From contig OZ024740.1 in assembly GCA_964016885.1 (NCBI GenBank), positions 350,300,001-350,364,000 of the forward strand: a DNA stretch of 64,000 nucleotides. Reading direction: 5' to 3'. Each line of letters begins with the position of its first letter. Position 1 is the stretch's first letter. This DNA is from Eledone cirrhosa. Lineage: Eukaryota. The position numbers and the translations under genes are program-made. The notes below the pieces were generated by a model. That model ran no database searches and had not been told where the DNA came from. It saw nothing but the letters and a program-made list of their open reading frames with translations. This document shows, one piece after another, positions 29,027-43,308 of this stretch.

Positions 29027-31280
29027 ACTCCTACTTTTAGTAGTATGAATAAAATGAATACCAGACTTACTTTACAAAAATGTATGGCTTTGTATCTACG
29101 TTATGCGTCAGTCGGTTAATTTGCAGAGACATTATAGTGTGTGATAAAATGTCTCACGGCATTTATTCCAAATTCGAATTCCGCCGTTGTTTGCTTTAAC
29201 TCGGTGTCAATAACATAAAATATCAGTCGAGTATTGCTGATTGTTATACTTGTTAGAGCTGCGTGTGAGGTACCTTGTGGTATTCAGGCTCGTTGCCTTC
29301 TAAGTTGTTGTGTGATAGTCTGATACTGCTGCTGGTTTAACACCACCATCAGATCCGTAACGAAATTACTCATGTTGCAAGCGTTCGGACCATGACTTTG
29401 GCGTGATAGTACCTTCTACCTTAGCTTCCAACCATTCTCGGACACTCTGGAGAATTTATAGTTTCTACCATAAATATCGAGTTAACAAATAGGCATTTAC
29501 GTGATCGTTTGAGCAGCTACTAAGTAGAAGCTAAATCTTCCTCGAACATCAAACTGCCGTGCAAAATGAAAACTGATGAATATATTTGATAAATTATTTT
29601 ATGACAGAACACGATCATTATATTACAAGTGCCAACCACCGTCGCAAGTGATCATCTTATGAGCTAATACATGAAAAGAACAACTGTTTGTGAACATCAC
29701 GCCATCTGGTTGTTAGCAATGTTTGGTCGTATCTCACATTTCAGAATACTGCAGAAGCTATTTAACAATAAAAGAATGTTTTAACAACTCAAATACTTAG
29801 TTCTGCATGCGATAAATAAATGGAAGCATGAATAAATAAAATGTCACCTTCTCTTCTTAAAAGTTTGCAAATTTCAAGAAAATACTTTATCGCTTGTACT
29901 CGTCCTTATATCATTTCTAATATCTTAGACCATTATGTATATATGTATATATACAAATTAACTCGAAAATAGAGTTTTGAGACGCGAGTGTATTAGCATT
30001 CTCAGGGAAATAGGAAAACTCGGCTGTTGGAAGCTGTTGGAACAGCAAAATGCCGTCGATATGGCGTTGTGTAAAATATTACCTCGAAAGACAGAGATCA
30101 GCGGCTTGATGTAAGTTGACTCGAAGGAAGGAAGAGAAGATAGGAAGGAGGAAAAAGAATGTATGAAAGTGGACATGTCACAAACATTAAAATATGCTCT
30201 TCAGATCTCAACCTCCTGCAGTTTCGACGAATTAATGAGATTACTGCGGGGAATAGGAGGCTCGTAACGGAGAAACAAATATCTTCGTTCATATATTGTT
30301 TGTGTTTGGACAGGTTAGAGAGAGAAAGAGGACGTGCGTTTGATCGACGCCAAATCGTCGCGAGAAAGGAAGAATATTGGCTTCAGTAGAGCTGGCCTGT
30401 AGAAGAGAGAGAGAGGGAAAGAAGAAGGAAACAGTCGAAGGAAGAGGGGGGAATGATAGGGAGCAGTGATATATATATATATAACGACAACACAAGGCCG
30501 GACTGGAAGATATGCCTTAAAAATTTTGATTCCGTGAAATCTCTATCCATATTTCCAAGGGCCTTGTTTCAGGAGGGTACCAGGGGACAAGTCCCCACCC
30601 CACTTTTTCAAAAGTCTATATTTTATTTTTTGTTTATTTGATATAATACATTCTTTTAAAGTTTTTTTTTATATCTGAACTTCATTTGAATATATACAAT
30701 ATAATTAGCGTAAAATTTTACTTTTGTGATAGGTTCTGTGAAAGGCACCATAAAGCAATTTATGCTCCTTTAAGAAACAACAAATGTTGGTTTGTCCCCC
30801 TCACATTTTTAAGGCAAATGAGGCTCCTGTATATTTCAATGGCCCAGCTCCTTCATCCAAATATGATGCAATACAGGACGATCTCATCAGTAACTTCGAC
30901 AGAATTACAGACAGGGTTATGTTGAACACAAACATACATGGAAGATAGGGAAAAGAGAATAGGAAATTGAAAAATGAAAAATGAAAATTCGACCCTGGCA
31001 CTGCCTGTAAAAAAACTGTTGTAGTGCAATATAGCAATAGAGATAAGGAGATGGAATAATCTGCTATTATTTTGGTAAGGTGAGTTAAGCTAGATGCGTT
31101 AATAAGGTCGACAGCATGCAGGAATCCGAGTCAAATGTGTACTCCGATGGGTTACAGTACCGGTAGATGAAGACGGTGAAAGCCGCAGAGCAATTATCAT
31201 TCCTTGACCTTTTTCTCATACATGGTTGGTACGAACATAGCAAGAGATTTTTTTCTGTATACATACATACATGCATACAT

Positions 31281-34200
31281 ATCGTCAGTACGTCAACGCG
31301 ATCAGTCGCACATTTTGACGTGGGAGATTATTCATTGAATTAAAGATGAATACTATCTCCTACAGTAATGGCACAACTACCAGTCATGTTGAATAACTGG
31401 ATATTCTTCTAACTATATCCACTGAAGATACCTTTTATTCGAATTCGTAGAGATATCCGATTAAATACATAATACATTTTACAAGGATTTGCTAAAAACA
31501 GTATGGCCGGACACAATATCAACAAAGACAGTTTATCGAACACAAGGAGCGTAAACAATTTACCGGAGAAAACCAGTAAGAAAATCAATGAGAAAAGTAA
31601 ACAAAATTTATTCAGTTGTAGCTACAGAAGAAACCGAAATTATAAATCCCATTTCGCTTGGAGTTGGTCGCCATGCTACTAGACTTCCTAGTAGCCAGGT
31701 CGAACAGTGCCTTGAAACAACTATGCTTGTAAGAAATTTGACACCACGTGTACCATCTGAGTCTACCCCGACTGTTGTGGAAAACACAATCGATAATAAT
31801 AATAATCGGAGAAATAATAATAATAATAATTAAGAAAGTTGATACCACGTGTACCATCTGAGTCTACCCCGACTGTTATGGAAAACACTATCGATAATAA
31901 TAATAATCAAAGAAATAATAATAATAATTAAAAAATTTGACACCACGTGTACTATCCGAGTCTACCTCCACTGTTGTGGAAAAAACAATCGATAATAATA
32001 ATAATCAAAAGTATAAACAATTGAAAATTTCCCTCAACGAAATCTTCCAGAGGGAAATTAATTCATCTATAAACATTTCTCTTGCTGAACGTAATAAAAC
32101 AACAACACTAAATAAAATAAAATAAAATAAAATAAAATAAAATAAAATAAAACCAAATAATGAAATCTTATGTGCTATTGACGAAATTCAAAAGAACTAT
32201 TGCTCCTACATTATACCAAAAGTATACGAAATAATGAGAATACCCTTGAGACTGTGATAGGAAAACTCCAAGATAAGAAAACGCCAGGAAGAGATATTTT
32301 TGTCGGTTACTGGTTAAAAAAACTGATATTCTATCGGAGGTATCTTATCGACCTCTACCAACAAGTTCTCAAGGGGGATACCCTTATACCAGAATGGTTG
32401 ACATTAGCACAAACATTACTGGTCCCCAAGAACAAAGACACCCACTTGGCAAAAAGCTACCGACCCATAGCATGCCAGAACCTGATGTATAAGATGTATA
32501 CAGCCTGCCTGAACCTATTCCTCCAAGATCACTGTGAAAATAATAACATCATCACAGATGAACAAGTAGCAGGAAAGAAAGGTATTTTTTGGTGCTGAAC
32601 AACTCCTAATAAACAAAACTACGATGTCGGAGGTTCGACAACTTAGGAGGAATATGGCTACAGTCTGACAATTTAGGAGGAATATGACTACAGGAAAGCT
32701 TTTGATTCTGTTCCCCACTCTTGAATGATAGAGGCCCTCCGACTTGCTAAAGTATCAGACATTATTATCAGAGCCATAGAGAAGCTGTCTTCTTCATGGG
32801 CTACTATCCTAAAGTTAAAAGCAGAGAAGGAGGACTCTATTTTTACTGATAAAGTAGAATATCACAGGGGTATATTTCAAGGAGACAGTCTCTATGTGAT
32901 ACTATTTATCCTGTCATTAAATCCCTTGTCATCTTGGCTCAAGAATTGTGAAGGATACAGCATTGGCTCACCGGAGGACAGAAATACAGACTTAACTATA
33001 ATTTCTTTGTGGATGATCTGAAACTCTATGCCAAGAACATAGATGGGATGAAGAAAAATCTTGAATTGGTTACAACATTCTCAAAGGATATAGGAATGGA
33101 GTTTGGCCAAGATAAATGCTCATATAAAGCGGGGAAAAAACTACTCTCTGCGCACAATAAAACAGTGGCTCACAATGTGTTTGCTGTGCCTGTCCTAACA
33201 CCAACGTTTGGAATACTCAATTGGACGATAGACGAAATCCTAGCAATTGATGTTAGGACTCGAAAAATACTAAACAACACTGGAAACTTCCACATCAACA
33301 TTGACATAGACCGCCTTTACTTGAAACGTAAGCAGGGAGGCAGAGGCCTAACATCAGTCCAGTCAGCATCTGAATGTCGCATCATATCCCTCCAACAACA
33401 TTTACGAACCTCAAAGCGTAGGAGCCCGTCTATCGAGCAAGTCTATCTGCATGAGACAGATAAGATCATGAGAGTTGGGAAGGAACTCCTAGAAAGATAT
33501 TCCCTGTCTGATAATCAAAAACTCCCACACAGGAAAGTTGCCCAGCAATACCGCAGTGAATCCATGGATGAAATACTGCATGTTTATCAGCAAAAAAATC
33601 ATCCATGGATATGTTGCCAGGAAGCTCCAGAGTGAGAGTAATATAGATAAACAAAGTAGTCTATCTTGGAACAACAACTGCTATATTGGCTCCCATTTTG
33701 AAGGATACACATTTGCAATCCAAGAACAGGAATTCAACACGAGATCACAAAAGAGATAGGGATGCAGGCAAAACACCTAGATGTGACAACAAGTGCAGAC
33801 TCTGCAGAACTAACATCGAGCATATCACCCACATCAGCAGCTATCCAAAGATGTCATCGCGTACTATCTACCTATGAGGCATGATGTAGTGGTCAAAACA
33901 CTGTACAATGCAATCCGTAGAGAAGATAGCCCCGATAATAAACACATTAAAAGCTACAGCAATCTGGAAGAAATACATATTCATAATATGAAAGTGTACT
34001 GGTGGAATGTTCCAGTAAAAACCCCACTAAAGTGAAGGCATAACAGACCAGATATTATGATATGGGACAGGGAAAAGAAGGCATGCACAGTAGTGGAAGT
34101 TAGCTGGTCAGCAGATGCTAATATAATATCAAAGATTAGCGAAAAGGAGAATATCTATGCAGAACTAATGAGAAATCTGCAGATACTCCACCCTGATTAT

Positions 34201-34575
34201 ACCTTCATATTTATGCAATACAAATCTTGAGAAGCTGGGCTTCTCACAAACAGAAAGAACACGACCAACTAGGAAATTACAAGTACAATCCATTAATGGA
34301 ACAGTAAAAATATATAAAACATTCCAAAAATTCTGCATTTAATAATTGCATATACACTTATACAGATATAAAGCATATGCACATGCACACATACAACTCA
34401 AAACATCCACATCCACACATACAATAACATCCATACCTGCACACACATACATGCATGCATACATGCATACATATCTACCTAGTTGATGTGCAAATTTCGA
34501 TGAGAGCGTCTTCTATCTATGTTAGACACCGACTCTCTCTATTGGCAAAAATTTGTGAAATTATAAAACCAGAAG
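31281..34575 (+). mobile_element. R4/Dong-clade (RLE) non-LTR retrotransposon, degraded, bounded by (CATA)n remnants
   Basis: TPGRD..GYWLKK, YRPIAC, KAFDSVPH, GIFQGDSL, DDLKLYA, DRLYLKRKQGGRGL, CRLC, RHD, RPDI; 3' end AAAACCAGAAG then (TACA)n; CATA run at 31260-31280. Confidence 0.88.
31739..32006 (+). repeat. Three ~99-bp tandem units ending in (AAT)n inside the R4 N-terminal region
   Basis: ACCACGTGTAC.ATC.GAGTCTACC..ACTGTT.TGGAAAA at ~31743, 31843, 31942. Confidence 0.85.
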
Positions 34576-35646
34576 TATATACATACATACATACATCCAT
34601 GCATGCATGCATACGTACATACATACGTACATGTATGCATGCATGCATACACACATGCAGGCATACATACATACATACATATATATATACTGTATTTCCA
34701 AGTGTCTTTGATGCTCCAGTTTTGTGGACGCATCCACATTCTGAGAAGCTGCCTTCCCCGTCATGTATTCATTGGAGATGAAACCGGTATTTTCTGAGAT
34801 ATTATTCTGAACGTTCATCTCGCTTTTCTTATCAAGGTCATATCAAACATTACTTCTTGGCTATAATGCTTTAGGATGCTTCAAGCTAAAGCCAGTGTTG
34901 GTTTATCATTGCGAAACCTAACGATTAATGAGAGAAATATAAATGCATCGGCATGTGATTTAGAAATCAAACAAGGAATAGGTGGTAAAACCCAATGTTA
35001 CGAGAAATTAAAACATTAATGTCAAAGAGTTGGAGTTAATAGAATCTTATAGCAAAATCCTATCTGTTAAATATCTCCAAGGGTTAGTCAGTAAGGCACT
35101 CAAAACTGACTAAATACTATACCTTAGAATCAATGATACAGGAAAGGATTCTTACTATTGAATGTCTCAGTTATTGCATCATGAAGTTATAGGAAATCAT
35201 GAACAAATTTATTGTGAAATATTTTAACTGGGAGAGAAGCAGCCACACAAAGAACGACTTTTAAGACATAATATCCTGCTATTGTGAACTGCATGACGAC
35301 GGATGAAAAGTAAAGCAACCAATATGTGAGGAAGGAGCACAACCTGATCAATCGTCTCAACATCTTCCGTTTTACTTTTCACTTAGGCTTTTCAGCAGAA
35401 TTTATAGCGGGTAGGCGGGGCTGTTGATGGTTAAATTAACTTAAACGGGTTCATTAGATCTTAATTAAACATATTTTCTAGTTTTATCACAATGTATGAC
35501 ATCACATTATGTGACGTTATCGAAAATTAGATGGCTTGACAGCGAGATTCTCGATTTGTCAATCATTTAGTGATGTCTATTATGTTACAATTAGCCTATC
35601 AAATTGAGTATCTTTATTTATGACATATTATTTCGTCCTCATATAT

Positions 35647-36137
35647 GGTAAACCCATACGTACATATATATATGTGTGCATGTATGTGTATATATACATA
35701 CTACTGTACGTCTGTATACATATATGTATGTATACATACTTATATTTAAGTAACAGCCGTACTAAGAGTGAGAAATGAAATTTCGTTTCATTTTTTCCAT
35801 TTATCGTTTTCGGTGCGCCCGGCCGACTAGCTCACTGGATATGCAAATTAGGCTGCTCAGCCGTTAATATACATAAGGAAAGTATATACTTTTAAACTTT
35901 CAATCATCTGGCAGGAAGGTATACGATACTGACGATAGCTAATAAGCTTGAAACTAGTACATCGTTCCTTTGTCAGTGTTGAACAAAAGGGCAACGATGG
36001 TTGCTAAATACTGTAAGGCTTAATTCGGGCTGTTTGTTTACAAACAAACCGAGCATTATAATAAATGTTCGGTGAATCCACACGTACATATAAATATGTG
36101 TGCACGTATGTATATATATACATACTACTGTACGTCT
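35647..36137 (+). mobile_element. ~424-bp HHR-containing unit (~1.15 copies), retrozyme/pLTR-like
   Basis: Terminal direct repeat (35647-35715 vs 36071-36137); a family fragment recurs at 39372-39595. Confidence 0.7.
35924..35964 (+). ncRNA. Minimal type I HHR
   Basis: CGATA-CTGACGA-T-AGCT AATA AGCT-T-GAAA-CTAG-TA-CATCG; one A-C mismatch at the base of stem I; palindromic ACTAGT. Confidence 0.72.
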
Positions 36138-36190
<53 letters not shown>

Positions 36191-36564
36191 GTTTGTGTAA
36201 GTGTAGAAATAATTGTCTGTATAATAGAATATAGTGGGAATAAGATCGATATGTAATCAGTAGAGTGAAGGCTAGCGAGACGAAACACAATTGCAAAAAT
36301 ATATAATGGGAAAAATAAAACCTAAAAATATCTAAAAGCGGATAGAATAACAATTAATAATAGCTAGAGAATGGCGAGAAAAATTCAATGGAAGGAATAA
36401 AGGAATTAAAATCTACAGGTAAAATTAATGATTATCAAATACACGCCAACAATGATAGGTTAAAAAGAAAAAAAAAATTGAGTCCGGAGAAACTAATAGT
36501 TTATGAGTTCAGATAAGTTCATATGCCGCGAGGAGAAAAGGAATCTCATGTTGAAAAACGTTCT

Positions 36565-36596
<32 letters not shown>

Positions 36597-36607
36597 CTCT
36601 CTCCCTT

Positions 36608-36722
36608 TCTATTCTGAGTTCAAATCCTACCGAGGTTAACTTTGCCTTTCATCCTTACGGGGTCGATAAAATAAAGTACCAGTAATGTACTGGGTATTTG
36701 CTGGCCTTGTGCCTAAAATATA
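36608..36722 (+). mobile_element. Short SINE variant (also at 53543-53645 and 56428-56522)
   Basis: GAGGTTAACTTTGCCTTTCATCC.TACGGGGTCGATAAAATAAAGTAC..GCTGGCCTTGTGC in all three copies. Confidence 0.75.
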
Positions 36723-37450
36723 AACAATTAATATTGATAACCAAATCAACATCAATATTTAGCGATAATCACCATCAATGCTGGAGGGAACTGTTAGGTT
36801 GTAAGTCCAGCAGTTCTAAAGAAAATCTCACACTGTCCCGAAGACGGCAGGAGGAGGTTACCGCCAAAAATAATACACACATATATATTAAAAAATTTAA
36901 GATATTCCTCAGTGAAATCAAGTCGATGATTAAGTAATAATCAAATGGATATTATCAAATTACATCACAGATGACATTATATGGTTGCTCGACTTGTTAG
37001 AAATAGTACCCATATCTGCCTCAAATCAAACCTTTGAAAAGAGAGTGATTATGTAATCTTCGATACATATGTAAATTCTATTAACCTACCCAGCATGCGT
37101 TACTGGATACGAGAGTCTTAGATACATGCATAATGGACGCGGTGGTAACGACTTGAATGATTTTGGTAGTGGATATACTCAATCACAGAGAAAACAATAA
37201 CGTTTGTGTTGGCTTATCTTGTTGAGCAAAGTGTAAAGGCCACATTATTGTTAAATTAAAGTACCAGTAACGCTTTGGTGTCGATTTAATCAACTCTCCC
37301 TTTCCCTTCAAATTGTTGGCCTTGTGAAAAAAGGAGAAACAATTAGTATTATCGTTGTTACAGTTATTATCGTTGATAGTCAGGCTTAAGCCGTTACAAT
37401 GGCGTAATGGAAAGTTAGTTCGTAGGATCTGTTTTGTAATAATATCTACA

Positions 37451-37476
37451 TTCTTCTTCTTCTTCTTCTTCTTCTT

Positions 37477-37507
<31 letters not shown>

Positions 37508-37760
37508 GACGATCGTTGGAGCAGAGTCTTCAAACACATCTTCCAGTAGGTCCTATCAGAAGCAACCATCTCCATTTGATCCGGCTGGTATCTACCCTTG
37601 GGTCTCCTGTCGGTTGGTTTTGTCCGTAAAATCTGTCCAGCTATTCTTCCTGAGACGTTCTAACCATATGCCCATAGTATCGGGGCTATGATCTCTCAAT
37701 TCAGAGAAGTAGCGGCTTTACCTGGACTGACTCGCTGATCTCCAAGCTATGCACTCTATC
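37451..37760 (-). mobile_element. 3' fragment of RTE-like LINE with (GAA)n tail
   Basis: Minus strand ...MVASDRTYWK...LLQR followed by (GAA)n at 37451-37506. Confidence 0.5.
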
Positions 37761-37978
37761 GAGTAATGTTACTTCAAAACCCTTTGAATGAACCCCATTT
37801 CGGCCACTTGCCGAAGATTCCTGACCATAGGTAAGGGTTGGCACAGATACCAAATTGAAAATAGCTTCTTACCGAATACTAAGTTGAATAATAATCTTAC
37901 TAGTATCAACTAGTAATACTGTATCCATATCGAATAATGTACACCATTTTAACCAGTATCACAAAAATACTGGTCCAT

Positions 37979-38069
<91 letters not shown>

Positions 38070-38257
38070 CACACACACATATGCACACACACATACACAC
38101 GCGTACACTAACATACAAACAGACATATACACACACACACTTCTCCGTATAAGACAAGAGCTGAAAAAATCTTTCAACATGTTAAAATATCCCCCTCCCC
38201 CTCCACACGTACAGACACGTTCCTACTGACCGAATCCATCTACCACGAACCACTCTG

Positions 38258-38331
<74 letters not shown>

Positions 38332-38479
38332 GTGTCTTAATAGACACCTGAACTGTTGACCTTTCAACATGACTGCAATTCACACACACATCCCTACTGA
38401 CCATTATCACAACAATGAACCTCTTTACTACACACACACACACACACATATTTGTCTTAAAAGACTTATTTTACAGGCG

Positions 38480-38935
38480 AAAAAGGACACTCTTCGACAA
38501 ACCTACATTTGGCGCAAAATCAATTTTAAACATTCACGTGACCTCTACCAACCAATCAAAATTGTTTTGACTTCAAGAATTTTTGCAACACGAATTGGCT
38601 CGAAACTTATAGTACTCATTCACGTGACATTCAACAACCAAGCAAATCTTAATACCTCTGGAGCAACTTTTTTCACATAAAACAGGTAGAATTTCCCAAA
38701 CTGATCAGATTAGAGCAAACATCACGGGCGCTCTATCTCAAAATAATTTTTGAAAAGCATTAGAAATGCGCAACCGGTAAAAACTTAAAACTAAAACTGA
38801 ATACTAACCAATACTTATTACTAATTTTTACTTATTCCTAATTAAAGTATTTTTCACTGGGAAAAATACGTCACCATTTTCTTTTCCTTTTACTAATATA
38901 TCACAAGTCGTGTGTTACACCTCTATTCCTTTAAA
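38480..38935 (+). mobile_element. Dispersed non-coding repeat related to 13560-14078; ends at (TA)n
   Basis: Shared blocks with 13.6 kb; 3' part recurs in both orientations at 41950-42270. Confidence 0.6.
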
Positions 38936-38943
38936 TATAATAT

Positions 38944-39000
<57 letters not shown>

Positions 39001-39097
39001 AATGAAATAATTCCGTCGGAAAAGTCCAGGAAAAAAGAGTGCTCTATGTAGGTAACAGAGCTTAATAGTTATGTAATAAACAACATAAGGCAATTAT

Positions 39098-39155
39098 TCC
39101 ATTTACCAGTGGTTTCTTAAAAGCAAAAGATTTTGCTTTCAATCCTCAGAATGAA
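39098..39155 (-). ncRNA. Type I HHR in solo pLTR-like fragment (39000-39166)
   Basis: Minus strand: TTCATT-CTGAGGA-TTGAAAGCAAAA TC TTTTGCTTTTAA-GAAA-CCACTGG-TA-AATGGA. Confidence 0.72.
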
Positions 39156-39163
39156 AAAATCCT

Positions 39164-39272
<109 letters not shown>

Positions 39273-39319
39273 ATAATGAAAGCAGCGATTCTTTGCTTAA
39301 ACATTAATCTTTGATTTTA

Positions 39320-39371
<52 letters not shown>

Positions 39372-39374
<3 letters not shown>

Positions 39375-39592
39375 TATGTATACGCACATACATATATATG
39401 TACGGACGTACAGTAGTATGTATATATATACATACATGCACACATATATATATGTACGTATGGGTTTACCGAACATTTATTATAAGACATACTACTGCAC
39501 GTCTGTACACATATATGTATGTACGTATACATACTTATATTTAGGTATCAGCCGTACTAAGAGTGAGAAATGAAATTTCGTTTCATTCTTTT

Positions 39593-39595
<3 letters not shown>
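39372..39595. mobile_element. Divergent inverted pair of fragments of the 424-bp family between (TA)n runs
   Basis: 39372-39485 matches 36055-36135/35647-35740 reversed; 39487-39595 matches 35697-35800 directly. Confidence 0.75.
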
Positions 39596-39649
<54 letters not shown>

Positions 39650-39652
<3 letters not shown>

Positions 39653-39750
39653 GAAATAAAAATGGCGTAGAGATTAAACTACAACGGAAGCAAACATAAT
39701 AGTACGACTGATGATGTCACAGATGTGTGACTAAAGAACTTTGATAGACT
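39650..39750 (+). mobile_element. Relic pLTR with degenerate HHR related to 16375-16417
   Basis: ATGGCGTAG...CTGATGA-T-GTCACA GATG TGTGAC-TAAA-GAACTTTGA; GAAA mutated, stem I lost. Confidence 0.5.
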
Positions 39751-39960
39751 ATATATATATATATATATATATGTATGATAAACATTGATTGCCAGAAAAA
39801 TTAACTATGGAGATATAAAAAGATACAGAAGCGAAAACCGACTCTTCCTTCCTCTTCTTTCTCTATCTTTCTATTTCAGCTTTTATTTCCCAGTATATCC
39901 TCTGAAACAAATTGTACTGTATTGTTTGCTTTTTTGATTCCGTTTACTTTATATATATAT

Positions 39961-40104
<144 letters not shown>

Positions 40105-41135
40105 TTACGTATTCTATTCTCGTGTTTTTCAACCACTACGTTATGGGGTAATAACACAAACAATTACACAAACGTAAACTTGGATGGACACACACATACA
40201 CACACATGCACACACAGATCCACACACACGCACAAACACACATGCACACAAACACACACACACACGCACACATACACTGACAGAAGCATAATATATCTTT
40301 CCAATTTGATGTACATTAGTCGACACTACTCGATATTTCTCCTAAACTTGTATTCTTATTGTCAACTGTAAGTAATTTTACCGTTCTCACTTTCCATACT
40401 TCTTTACCTTTATATCGTTCCCTTCTCCTCAACCTCTTGTCTTTCCAATCCATCATTTCCCCGTCGCTACTACTGAGGTAGCGCGCTTTTGTATCGATGG
40501 GTCATAAAAGCCATATATATTCATATATTTTAGCGTTGTATTTCTGAATATTCCGTTACTTTTGCTTTTAGACTAACATCTCGGTTGTTTTAATATATTA
40601 TGTTTCAGCCATTTTGTCTCAGCGATATGTGTAATATTTTTCTTTCATAACGTCCCTGCAACCTGTCACAGTAGTAATTTAATGATTATACTTAGTTTCG
40701 GTGTTTATCCTCGGATTAATACCCAGCGCCTGATTTATCGGGGGTGAATGCCCTGGGGCCCCCTCACCAAACAAGCTCCCCCCCATCTCAGAACAGAGCC
40801 CCTTCTTTGAGTTTCTGCTACCTTTTAAGAACATATTTTATAAACAAATTTTATCGTTTCCAGAGTATATTTTTAAAAATGTAATTGATGTCACCCTTGT
40901 GCCAATCCATCAACATTTGATATTGACGTAGCGGTTACCTTCCATATTATAACGAAAGCGATTGGCATAAAATGGATGTTGGTGGTCAGAAATGAGGGCT
41001 GATTATGGAAAATTGTTTGTTAGTTCCGTTTGCTTTGTTTTGTTCCGCCGCCTCCAATATATATATATATGTTAGACGTGGCCGAAACCTATCAAAGTTA
41101 TATATATATATAATATATATATATAATATATATAT

Positions 41136-41714
41136 ATATATGTGAAAAAATGGGGAGAAGAATACTGCAGGTTGCACATGGATAACATGTTATAAAATGA
41201 GTCCCTCATCAGTGATTTACCGACGATCATAGATATTTCATTGCATTAAAAATCATATACCTCACGTCGGTGCAATAATAACTAAATTAAGTTATTAGGA
41301 CAATTAAAACACGTAAAGCGAGTGAGACAAGATAACAACAAAGAGGAAAGCTAACCGTAGAGAGGAAGGGAACAAGCTACATAGTTATTCTGTTAGCATA
41401 AGCTAGGTGGATATATGAGCGCTTAGAAAAAAGACCTTTCGAGATGAATCCAAATGTAAGAAAGAAGGGAAATGTATTCGTCGCGAACGGGGTGAAGTGA
41501 GAAGGGGAGAAACAGTGAGTGAGTGAGTGGAAGTGTGAGGAAGAGTTAACTGACATGACAGAGGGGGCGAAAGAAAGTAGGAGAAACAGAGAGGACGAGG
41601 GAGCAGTAAGAGAGAGAGAGAGAGAAACACAGAATCGCAGTTTAGGTAAATATATGTGAAAAAATGGGGAGAAGAATACTGCAGGTTGCACATGGATAAC
41701 ATGTTATAAAATGA

Positions 41715-41716
<2 letters not shown>
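41136..41716 (-). repeat. ~514-bp unit with terminal direct repeat between (TA)n runs; pLTR-like
   Basis: ATGTGAAAAAATGGGGAGAAG...TAAAATGAGT at ~41140-41203 and ~41654-41716; CTGATGA on minus strand at 41206-41212. Confidence 0.6.
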
Positions 41717-41758
<42 letters not shown>

Positions 41759-41914
41759 GTCAAATATGCAAATTTGGCTTCGTTTATTATAGATTATAGA
41801 TATACTCCTATATATATATTTCGGTGACAGCCCCGGAGTAAATAAACCAACCTGCGTACTTCGTCGAGTGCCCCAATCTGCATGCTGAGATGTCGGTAAA
41901 CAACCAGCATATAC

Positions 41915-41949
<35 letters not shown>

Positions 41950-41952
<3 letters not shown>

Positions 41953-42270
41953 TAAAAAGGAAAAGAAAATGGTGATAAATCTTTCCCAGTGAAAAATAGC
42001 TAAATTAGGAATAAGTATAACTTAGTAATAAGTATTAGTTAGTATTCAGTTTTAGTTTTAAGTTTTTACCGGTTGCGCATTTCATATGCTTTTCAAAAAT
42101 CTATCTCAAAATTATTTTTGAAAAGCATAAGAAATGCTGAATACTAACTAATACTAATTGGTAATTTATACTTATTCCTAATTAAACTATTTTTCACTGG
42201 GAAAAATTTGTCAGCATTTTCTTTTCATTTTTACTAATGTATCACAAAACGTGTGTCACACCTCTATTTA
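41950..42270. repeat. Divergent inverted pair of 3' ends of the 38.5-kb repeat family
   Basis: 41950-42099 approximates the reverse complement of 38745-38900; 42100-42270 approximates 38731-38927. Confidence 0.8.
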
Positions 42271-42275
42271 AAAAA

Positions 42276-42309
<34 letters not shown>

Positions 42310-42684
42310 TATCAGAAAGGGTGTGGTAAAGAGATAAAAATATCAGGTGGACCATAACCCACGAGAGTACTCGATATTTGGGGTAGTAAAGTGGGTAATA
42401 TGAACAATTCAGGACCCCGACGGTTGGATCTAGCTGTCAAAACGGCCCGAGCTCACCCGTCTGGGTCCTGAATCTTTTTATATATATATTATATAAGCCG
42501 CCGTCTGTCCAAACGAAAGAAAAGACCAATCAACTCATAAACAGATAGTGTGAAAGTTGAGTATTTATATTAAGTTTGACTCAACCCGCTCTTTCAGTGA
42601 TTTCAACATGGAAATACATCTAAATCATCAGCTGCACCTGACCAATACTAGTATTGCAATCATGACAAACTACTAACCCCCCCC

Positions 42685-42835
<151 letters not shown>

Positions 42836-43174
42836 CAAATTTTAGTACAGCATCAACGAAGCTTTTGGCTGCGGCCAAGCTAACGAATGCAGATTCGGAA
42901 TGCAACTTAGCACTCGATGGAGAATAATACCCCAGAGTTATAACAATACGTTTAGACAGCTTTGCAAATCAAATATAGCGACCGACAGTCTGACCGCATT
43001 GCCATAACAACGAAAAAAACTGAACTCAGGAAAAGATATATATATATATGTATGTGTATATATATATAAGGAAAACAGATGAAATCGAAAATGCAACTGG
43101 AGTCTTTTTAAGAATATTTATTTGGTTTCGCAGTTCTTATACGTTTCAAAAGTAGAATTGAGATGGAGGGTTTG

Positions 43175-43255
<81 letters not shown>

Positions 43256-43308
43256 TCTCTCTCACACACACACACACACATATATACATATATATATATA
43301 TATATATA

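Noticed and set aside
34690-34740. Tc2/pogo-like transposon end
   Set aside because: Only one degenerate TIR-like end; no partner or transposase seen
42590-42640. Minus-strand CTGATGA...GAAA hammerhead
   Set aside because: Stems I-III do not pair convincingly
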